Of a DNA stretch of 16,339 nt, positions 8,154 through 14,512 are shown one piece after another. Position numbers and translations under genes: made by a program. The notes beneath the pieces were generated by a model. It worked only from the letters and a program-made list of their open reading frames with translations. It had not been told where the DNA came from and made no database searches. The stretch comes from Candidatus Hodarchaeota archaeon. GTDB lineage: Archaea > Asgardarchaeota > Heimdallarchaeia > Hodarchaeales > Hodarchaeaceae. Each line of letters begins with the position of its first letter. The first letter of the stretch is position 1. Location: assembly GCA_016839815.1 (NCBI GenBank), contig JAEOTM010000093.1, positions 1 through 16,339 on the forward strand, given 5' to 3'.

Positions 8154-9011
8154 GTGATGAAGGCCTCCTTGTTTACCTTTCCAGTGAAAATAAGGCAAGT
8201 TCAATGGCCATGGAATAACAAAACTACTCCAGAAAGCGTTTTTCCAATTCTGGAAACCTATTTCTCTCATCGAAAAGAGAACAGAGTCAGAAAAGAGGCT
8301 CAATATTCATTCCATGAGGTGACTAGACCTGACTATGGACTGGTACATTCGGTAATTGCAGTCTCTCCAATCTTTCATGCAGAGGGAGGTAATGAATCCG
8401 ATTATTTTACGATAAGAATTTATCAAAAGCCGTTATCAAACCTTCATATGGCATTTAATTTAGCTGAACATCATAAAACGCGTATTGAGCAACTGATAGC
8501 TGCTTTAGGTCCAGACCATTACCCTGAAACATATTTTCTTGAATCCAGTGAGCTATTAATTGTACTCCAGCCCTTTCTCTTTCATCCCGTGTGTGACTTT
8601 TCTACACGTTTAGATGTCTATAATTTAATAGAGTTACTATTTCTTGCGTCTAAATCGAGAATATTGCTTGATTATAATCATAACCACTTTTTAAGAGCCA
8701 GAGATGGTAATTTATATTATGTTGACACCGATTACATGGGTGTCTTATGTTCCAGTGAGTTTAATGCTTTACATTCAAATTTGAATCAATCAATGATATT
8801 TATTAGCGAGTCGAATGCTGAATTTATTCCAGAAAAGCTAATGACCTTCGCTGATCAAAATCAGGAGAGATTAGCTTTTTCTCGACTCTTCCTCACCCTT
8901 CTTGAAGAATATGTTTCACTTTGTCATACTGATGAAGTAAACGTATCCCCTAAATTGATGAAAAAAATAAATGTCTTATCAGATATTTTGCCTATGATAA
9001 AACTTGATTAA
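8154..9011 (+). CDS. Hypothetical protein with probable protein-kinase-like (PKL) fold and non-canonical catalytic residues
   Basis: Ordered kinase subdomain look-alikes: DYGLVHSV, YFTIRIY, YPETYF, LIVLQPFL, ILLDYNHNHFL, DGNLYYVDTD. SD-like AAGGAG at 8133-8138. Confidence 0.6.
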   Translation: MMKASLFTFPVKIRQVQWPWNNKTTPESVFPILETYFSHRKENRVRKEAQYSFHEVTRPDYGLVHSVIAVSPIFHAEGGNESDYFTIRIYQKPLSNLHMAFNLAEHHKTRIEQLIAALGPDHYPETYFLESSELLIVLQPFLFHPVCDFSTRLDVYNLIELLFLASKSRILLDYNHNHFLRARDGNLYYVDTDYMGVLCSSEFNALHSNLNQSMIFISESNAEFIPEKLMTFADQNQERLAFSRLFLTLLEEYVSLCHTDEVNVSPKLMKKINVLSDILPMIKLD

Positions 9012-9031
9012 GAGTTATTTATTACAGAATT

Positions 9032-9460
9032 TTACGACTGAACATTTCTAATTTGTTGTTTAATACGATCTACTAGATCTATATTACTCCAAGGTTTTAG
9101 AATATAATCTTTGGCTCCAGCTGCATATCCACGCTCAATATCACTATCAAAACACATTGCTGAAACTAAGATAACAGGAATTTTATTATATCGTGTATTT
9201 GTTTGCAGTTCTTGACAGAAAGTTATTCCATCCGTGCCAGGTAACTTCACATCAAGAATGACTATATCAGGTAATCTCTCTGCTGATTCAAGAAGATTTC
9301 GGGCGTCATCTGCTTTGTATACTTTCTCGGTTGTAAATCCATTCTTTGATAGAATGAGAGATAACAATTCTACTGCGTCTACTTCATCATCAATTATAAG
9401 AACATGAGGCTTTTTGTTTAATTTACCTGTTTTATCCTTTTTATGAGTGAAATTATTCAT
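9032..9460 (-). CDS. Stand-alone response regulator receiver (CheY-like)
   Basis: VLIIDDE acidic pocket, phospho-acceptor Asp in PDIVILDVKLPGTDG, VILVSA, GAKDYILKPW. No output domain. ATG at 9460 (GTG at 9469 is an alternative). Confidence 0.93.
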   Translation of the reverse strand: MNNFTHKKDKTGKLNKKPHVLIIDDEVDAVELLSLILSKNGFTTEKVYKADDARNLLESAERLPDIVILDVKLPGTDGITFCQELQTNTRYNKIPVILVSAMCFDSDIERGYAAGAKDYILKPWSNIDLVDRIKQQIRNVQS

Positions 9461-9596
9461 TCTGATCACTTTTGGGAGGAAAAGATAAATTTGTGAGAAG
9501 TATTCTGTCTTCAGTTGTGGGAATTTGAATCAAGGATTATTTAACATTGATTCTTTTTATATGTTAGTTTATCAAATTATGCTGATAATGGTTATA

Positions 9597-10217
9597 CTAG
9601 AGATAAATGGTACCAGTCCGAGTCATTCCAAAGTTCTGAATGAACGAATATGATACTGTATTTTTATGATAGACTTCACAAATCAACTCATCAACTGAAG
9701 AATCTGAAAAATATTCTGCTGCTTGTGCGACGAGAAGAAAAGCAATTTTCCGTCTACGATAGCGAGGTTCAACTCCAAGACCAGCAATAACACCTTGCTT
9801 ACCAACTTCTATGGAATTTTTTACCAGAGGTTCAATTGTAAGGTAAATAAAACCAACAATCTGACCGTAAAGAATTGCTACAAAAGTTGATTCTGGGTCG
9901 AAATGATGAAAATCAGTAAGAGATAAGCTTCGATATGGATCAGGTGCAGAAATAAAACTTCGGTTATAGACACGTATAAATCTCTCAGCATCTTTTTCTG
10001 GATCTAAATTCCTAATTTTAACATTTTTGAGTTCAGGGCTACTGTCAATAATTTTCTGCACTTCATCAACCTTAGACCATGCTTGATCCCAAGACATCTT
10101 TAAGACATAAAATTTATGTTGTTTTTCTCTTGTAACAGCTTCATTTTCCTTTAAGTCCTTATGAAAGAGTATTCGGCGTAGCTTAACCGAAGGCCGATCG
10201 GATGAACTAGGTACCAT
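9597..10217 (-). CDS. GNAT-family N-acetyltransferase with N-terminal extension
   Basis: KIRNLD, FVAILYGQIVGFI, motif A LGVEPRYRRRKIA, motif B EVYHKNTVSYSFIQNFGM. Confidence 0.85.
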   Translation of the reverse strand: MVPSSSDRPSVKLRRILFHKDLKENEAVTREKQHKFYVLKMSWDQAWSKVDEVQKIIDSSPELKNVKIRNLDPEKDAERFIRVYNRSFISAPDPYRSLSLTDFHHFDPESTFVAILYGQIVGFIYLTIEPLVKNSIEVGKQGVIAGLGVEPRYRRRKIAFLLVAQAAEYFSDSSVDELICEVYHKNTVSYSFIQNFGMTRTGTIYL

Positions 10218-10322
10218 GATGAATCAGATCCGAAATCATGTTTTAGGTGAAAAATAAATCCTTTCCCCCGCGATGAAAAGAACTAATAATATCGATCAAA
10301 TTCCGAGGTATCTGAAGCATCT

Positions 10323-11258
10323 ATGAGTAACCCATCTATGAACGAATTATCTCCAGTTTTTGACGTCCATCTACATCCTATTAGGACAGTTATTTCGGTA
10401 CAATCATTAATTGATGAAATGGATCGTGCAGGAATAACAAAAGGTGTACTACTCGCTTTAGACTTAGATCCAGATGTTTTAACCACGAATCTAAAGCTCA
10501 GAGATGAAATAATTGATGATTTATGGGCATATTCATATTTTATTAATCCTGATCAACTTTTAGATTCAATGATAAGAATATTACACACAGGTAAGACTAG
10601 CAATCAACATGTTGCAGAACTCTGTAATGTCGAACCTGGACGTTTCATTGGATTTGGTTCAGTCAATCCAAGTCGAGAAAAGGAGTATGTAACCTCAAAA
10701 TTGAATGAGATCTTAGCTTTAGGTCTTAAAGGTATTAAACTGATACCAACTCTCCAATTTTTTCACCCTCAAAAGAATAAGAATATTAAGCATATTTTCA
10801 AATATGCAACTAAACATAATTGGCCGATTTTGATACATACTGGTAAAGATCCAGGTCCTTTTGAAATTCCGACACTTAGACATGTTCAATACTCTCATCC
10901 GCGGTATTGGAAAAAAATTGTAAGGAAAGCTAACACTCCAGTTATTTTTGCTCATCTGGGAGGGTATGGAGTTACTGATGATGAATCATGGATTGATTCA
11001 GCCATGGAAATCGCAAAAACTAACTCGAAAGTGTTTTTAGATACCAGTGCAGTAACATATGCTCTTGAAGATCCTAATACAGTAGATAAACTTCGTGATC
11101 TTGGATTTGATCGAATATTATTTGGTTCTGATCATCCTGTTGTCCATGGAACATCGATGGACCATTCCAAAAAGATCATTGAGAATAGTCCTCTATTAAC
11201 CAAGAGTGAAAAACGACGTATATTATACGAGAATGCTAACAAATTATTCTTTGGTTAA
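10323..11258 (+). CDS. Amidohydrolase family protein (Amidohydro_2-type TIM barrel)
   Basis: FDVHLH (DxHxH), RFIGFGSVNP, KGIKLIP, ILIHTG, IFAHLGG, VFLDTS, RILFGSDHP, ILYENA-x-KLF. Confidence 0.9.
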   Translation: MSNPSMNELSPVFDVHLHPIRTVISVQSLIDEMDRAGITKGVLLALDLDPDVLTTNLKLRDEIIDDLWAYSYFINPDQLLDSMIRILHTGKTSNQHVAELCNVEPGRFIGFGSVNPSREKEYVTSKLNEILALGLKGIKLIPTLQFFHPQKNKNIKHIFKYATKHNWPILIHTGKDPGPFEIPTLRHVQYSHPRYWKKIVRKANTPVIFAHLGGYGVTDDESWIDSAMEIAKTNSKVFLDTSAVTYALEDPNTVDKLRDLGFDRILFGSDHPVVHGTSMDHSKKIIENSPLLTKSEKRRILYENANKLFFG

Positions 11259-11287
11259 GTTATTAGTTCTAAGGGAGAAATAATTAA

Positions 11288-12076
11288 TTGTACTTCAAGT
11301 TATGTGTACTCGCAGGATCAAGTAAAGGAAATTCGATTTTTTTAAGAATTGATGAGGATCGGTTTTTAATTGATGCTGGAATCTCAAATCGAAGAATAGA
11401 AAAGCAATTGAAAGAGTTAAAAGAACCAAATCTATCTGAATTTACTGGAATTCTGATAACTCATGAACATACAGATCATATTCAAGGTCTAAAGACTATT
11501 GTAAAGAAATATCAACCCAAGTGCTGGTTGACATTTGACACTTATCAAAAAGTTCGGCCTAAAACTGGACCTATTGATACAGAATTTATCGAAGTAGCAG
11601 AGGCATTTATTATCGGAGAAGTGCATTTCTTACCCTTTGAAATTCCCCATGATGCCGTGGATCCAGTTGCGTATGTAATTACCAAAGGTAAACTCAGAAT
11701 CGGAGTAATCTTGGATTGTGGACAGACTTCTACTTATCTTCTGGATGGATTTAGGGATCTAGACGTTCTTATAATCGAAGCAAACCATTCTTTTGACCAA
11801 TTACTAGGTAGCTCCTATTCTTATGCACTTAAGAATAGAATTTTGAGTTCTAGTGGACATTTATCTAATTGGCATACTGCTGACTTTATTTTGGCAACTA
11901 AACCAAAGTTAGTTATCATTACACATATTTCTGAAAACAATAATACTCCAGAAATCGCACTTTCGGAAATTGAAGAAAGAATTGATTTTGATTCAAAGAG
12001 TTATAAGCCATACTTTGTTATCGTACCCTCAAAAGGAAGAGGAGCAATAATTTCACATTCCGAAATGGATGAATAG
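11288..12076 (+). CDS. Metallo-beta-lactamase-fold hydrolase, YycJ/WalJ-like (paralog 2)
   Basis: LAGSSKGNS, LIDAGIS, THEHTDH, PHDAVDP, LDCG, IIEANHS, GHLSN, HISENNNTPE. TTG start with AAGGGAG SD, 29 nt after the amidohydrolase stop (probable operon). Confidence 0.9.
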   Translation: MYFKLCVLAGSSKGNSIFLRIDEDRFLIDAGISNRRIEKQLKELKEPNLSEFTGILITHEHTDHIQGLKTIVKKYQPKCWLTFDTYQKVRPKTGPIDTEFIEVAEAFIIGEVHFLPFEIPHDAVDPVAYVITKGKLRIGVILDCGQTSTYLLDGFRDLDVLIIEANHSFDQLLGSSYSYALKNRILSSSGHLSNWHTADFILATKPKLVIITHISENNNTPEIALSEIEERIDFDSKSYKPYFVIVPSKGRGAIISHSEMDE

Positions 12077-12110
12077 ACCTCCAGAAAGGAGGAGATTTTG
12101 ATTCCTATGG

Positions 12111-12590
12111 TTAGCTTGGCGATCTGATAAATACTCCCTTTATTCTTCCACCCCAATCCAAGAATGTGCCACGTACTATATATAAACAAGGAAATATTCC
12201 CCAGCAGATTAAAAACATAATTCCAACAGGGATAGCTGTAGGATTAATAGCATTACCACCAGTGAAAACTGGAATCTGTAAGGGTATCAAAATTGCTAAA
12301 GCAAAAAATCCTGAAAGGAGTAATAAGGAGCTAAATAATGCTAGAAATACGTTGATTGGCCATAGTACTAAATTTGAGACAATCCAATCGGTTTGGCTAG
12401 AACTAAAAGCAGGGGTGAACAATCCCAAACTTGAGCTTCCAAGGAATGTACCTGAAAGTAATTCTTCCATATCAAGTTCAAAGGTCATTTTGTAAATAGC
12501 AAGTATCCCTGAGCCAATGAAAAATAGAATCTCTGCAGCTAAGTAATTAATGAGAAATCTCACTAATGTAGAGTTACGTTTTATTTCCAA
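12111..12590 (-). CDS. Hypothetical integral membrane protein (about 3-4 TM helices)
   Basis: Long hydrophobic stretches (YLAAEILFFIGSGILAIY; LVLWPINVFLALFSSLLLLSGFFALAILIPL; IPVGIMFLICWGIFPCLYIV). TTG start with AGGAG SD, and a TTTTATAG box at 12647-12640 on the minus strand. Confidence 0.7.
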   Translation of the reverse strand: MEIKRNSTLVRFLINYLAAEILFFIGSGILAIYKMTFELDMEELLSGTFLGSSSLGLFTPAFSSSQTDWIVSNLVLWPINVFLALFSSLLLLSGFFALAILIPLQIPVFTGGNAINPTAIPVGIMFLICWGIFPCLYIVRGTFLDWGGRIKGVFIRSPS

Positions 12591-12654
12591 AGATGAATCT
12601 CCTGTAAATTTTTATTGTTAAACTAAGTCTATTTCAAAGCTATAAAATATTTTC

Positions 12655-12669
12655 TCCTATACAATTGCT
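12655..12669. repeat. 15-bp intergenic motif TCCTATACAATTGCT, copy 1
   Basis: Exact match to 13865-13879. Part of an imperfect inverted repeat TCCTATAC-N7-GTACGGGA. Confidence 0.6.
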
Positions 12670-12739
12670 GTACGGGATACCTCCCAGTTTTAACTGAAAT
12701 ATAGAGCTGTTTTAAAATTCTTAGTCGAAAAAGAAAAAG

Positions 12740-13138
12740 TCATGGATCGAATACGGTAGTTGAATATTGCTGACGATACATGCTTTGGATCGAAACCAAT
12801 TCTCCTTTTGTAAGAGTAAGGATTCCCAGCTTTTCAGCCAACTCGCGAGCTGTACTGGAGAACTGATTAGCTACGACCATCACACGGTTTAAACCTGGAG
12901 TATTTGTTTGTAATCGCTCTGCTTCTAATATGCAGTTATATCCACAACTGCGAGACCAGTCTTTAACAACAACTCCAATGTTTCCTCCAAGATTCACATG
13001 AGGATCCGTACTTCCATGAACGAGATAAGAGAACGATACATTTCTGTCATTCTTCCCTCGAATGCTTACATTCTCATGAAATTCAAACTTTCGAAATCCC
13101 AAAAATGCCTGAACAAGCCCGTCTAACTCTTGAACCAT
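12740..13138 (-). CDS. Mrr-catalytic-domain-like (PD-(D/E)xK fold) protein, probably nuclease-inactive
   Basis: NVSIRGKN, GVVVKDWSRSCG, RVMVVANQFSSTARELAEKLGILTL-x-x-x-EL follow the Mrr_cat pattern (V[EQ]CK-x-x-x-x-x-VG ... IVT-x-x-FT-x-x-A-x-E-x-A ... I-x-L-x-D-x-x-EL). Confidence 0.7.
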   Translation of the reverse strand: MVQELDGLVQAFLGFRKFEFHENVSIRGKNDRNVSFSYLVHGSTDPHVNLGGNIGVVVKDWSRSCGYNCILEAERLQTNTPGLNRVMVVANQFSSTARELAEKLGILTLTKGELVSIQSMYRQQYSTTVFDP

Positions 13139-13369
13139 TTTTTTCTCAAATCCTTCATCGATTAACCTGTGTAAGTTTAGGGAGAAATTTAGTCTTTAAA
13201 AGCCTCTCGCTTCGTACTACTAAGGGTGATACGCCATATGACGTCAAACACTTAGGATAAAATTATATTCGTTTTTTAAGTCGGCTTTGAGAAAAGAAAT
13301 GATTGATTAATTCTATTCAATACGAAACAGGACAAAAATTGAATTATAAGAATTTGATGTAGTAACTCC

Positions 13370-13756
13370 TCACTTTTTACGATCAGAGTCCAAAGAAGAT
13401 CCACACATAATACAAACTTCATGAATCGTAGATTCAGGATATTTTTCGTGACACACAGGACAAATGGTTTGAGGTACGTCCATTGGTTCAGTTTCACTCC
13501 CTATTGAATCAATTAGTTGGAGAGGTTTGGTTGTAGGATGACTAGGAACGGAATGTTCCGTCCAATAATGTCTAATTTTTTTGAACATATAATCACCAAT
13601 GCCAGTAATTCCGAATAAAACAAAGAGAACACCGCTAATTTCAATGGCAGAGATTGTCTTAAAGGGAGTATCAAGTTGAAGTAAAAAGATTCCTAAAAAA
13701 ATTAGAAACATACTACCTATGAGACTGAATACTTGTTGTATTCTTGGTGAAATCAA
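13370..13756 (-). CDS. Hypothetical membrane protein with two TM helices and a C-terminal Cys4 zinc ribbon
   Basis: Two hydrophobic N-terminal segments, a Pro/Ser/Thr-rich linker, then CPVC-x12-CIMCG. TTG start with AGGGAAG upstream. Confidence 0.7.
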   Translation of the reverse strand: MISPRIQQVFSLIGSMFLIFLGIFLLQLDTPFKTISAIEISGVLFVLFGITGIGDYMFKKIRHYWTEHSVPSHPTTKPLQLIDSIGSETEPMDVPQTICPVCHEKYPESTIHEVCIMCGSSLDSDRKK

Positions 13757-13857
13757 TTTACTTCCCTAATCAGATATTTTTTCGACTTAAATTAGTGTAG
13801 GATGGAGAGTTTAATTATTTTTAGATACGAAGCTAATTGGACTATATGCTGAGTAGA

Positions 13858-13889
13858 TTTTATATCCTATACAATTGCTATGATAGGAT
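13858..13889 (+). promoter_or_regulatory. Putative rubrerythrin TATA box with adjacent inverted repeat containing copy 2 of the 15-bp motif
   Basis: TTTTATAT (13858-13865) overlaps ATCCTAT-N12-ATAGGAT (13864-13889). ATG at 13901. Confidence 0.5.
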
Positions 13890-13900
13890 GATGATGACAG

Positions 13901-14488
13901 ATGAAAAAAACATACTATAATCTCCTTCAGGGATTTGTAGGAGAAAGTCAGGCAAGAAATCGCTATACATTTTATGCAAAGATAGCAAAGAAAGAGGGAC
14001 ATCCCCAGATTCAAAGGATATTCCTTGAAACTGCAGAACAGGAGCGTCAACATGCTTCATGGTTCTTCAAAATGGCCCAATCACTAAAAAAGAAATTAAA
14101 CGGTAAACTCGATGAATCAAAACTTGATGAGGTAGTAGTTCCAACCGTTTTTGGTGATACAGAAGAAAATCTCAAAGCTGCAGCTACAGGTGAGCATTAT
14201 GAATTTTCTACCATGTACCCAGGATTTGCTGAAGTGGCTGAGGAGGAAGGCTTACCCGACATTGCTAAACGTATCAGAGCAATAGCTATAGCTGAGGCTC
14301 ATCATGAAGAGAGATATGTGAAACTACTGGACCAGTTGAAAGGAAAAACTCTTTACAAAAAGGAGAAGAAGATTTATTGGTATTGCGCTGAATGTGGTTA
14401 TATGCATGAGGGAACAGAACCTCCAGAAATCTGTCCTGCATGTAGTCACCCTAGAAAATATTTCTATAGAGCATGTGAAGAATATTAA
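13901..14488 (+). CDS. rbr: Rubrerythrin
   Basis: GESQARNRY, diiron motifs EQERQH, GEHYE and EAHHEERY, C-terminal rubredoxin-like CAECGY-x-x-EG-x-EPP-x-x-CPAC-x-HP. Confidence 0.96.
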   Translation: MKKTYYNLLQGFVGESQARNRYTFYAKIAKKEGHPQIQRIFLETAEQERQHASWFFKMAQSLKKKLNGKLDESKLDEVVVPTVFGDTEENLKAAATGEHYEFSTMYPGFAEVAEEEGLPDIAKRIRAIAIAEAHHEERYVKLLDQLKGKTLYKKEKKIYWYCAECGYMHEGTEPPEICPACSHPRKYFYRACEEY

Positions 14489-14496
14489 TTCCCATT

Positions 14497-14510
14497 CTCT
14501 TTTTTCTTTC
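14497..14510 (+). terminator. Oligo-T tract after rbr, between convergent rbr and gatD
   Basis: tctttttttctttc about 8 nt after the TAA. Confidence 0.45.
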
Positions 14511-14512
14511 AA

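Noticed and set aside
8103-8303. 66-aa minus-strand ORF upstream of the MTase, considered as a remnant nuclease or controller protein
   Set aside because: Antisense to the kinase-like gene, with no PD-(D/E)xK or HTH pattern.
12078-12092. CCTCC-AGAAA-GGAGG hairpin between convergent genes
   Set aside because: Only a 5-bp stem with no adjacent U-tract, too weak to call a terminator.
12166-12495. 109-aa Lys/Asn/Ile-rich plus-strand ORF
   Set aside because: Typical antisense mirror of a hydrophobic membrane-protein gene. The minus-strand ORF has the SD and TATA.
6047-13138. MTase plus Mrr-like gene as a complete restriction-modification system
   Set aside because: They are about 4.7 kb apart with unrelated genes between, and the Mrr-like domain lacks its catalytic acidic residues.
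13239-13246. TGACGTCA palindrome (eukaryotic CRE-like) upstream of the Mrr-like gene
   Set aside because: A single 8-mer is not significant and there is no supporting second site.
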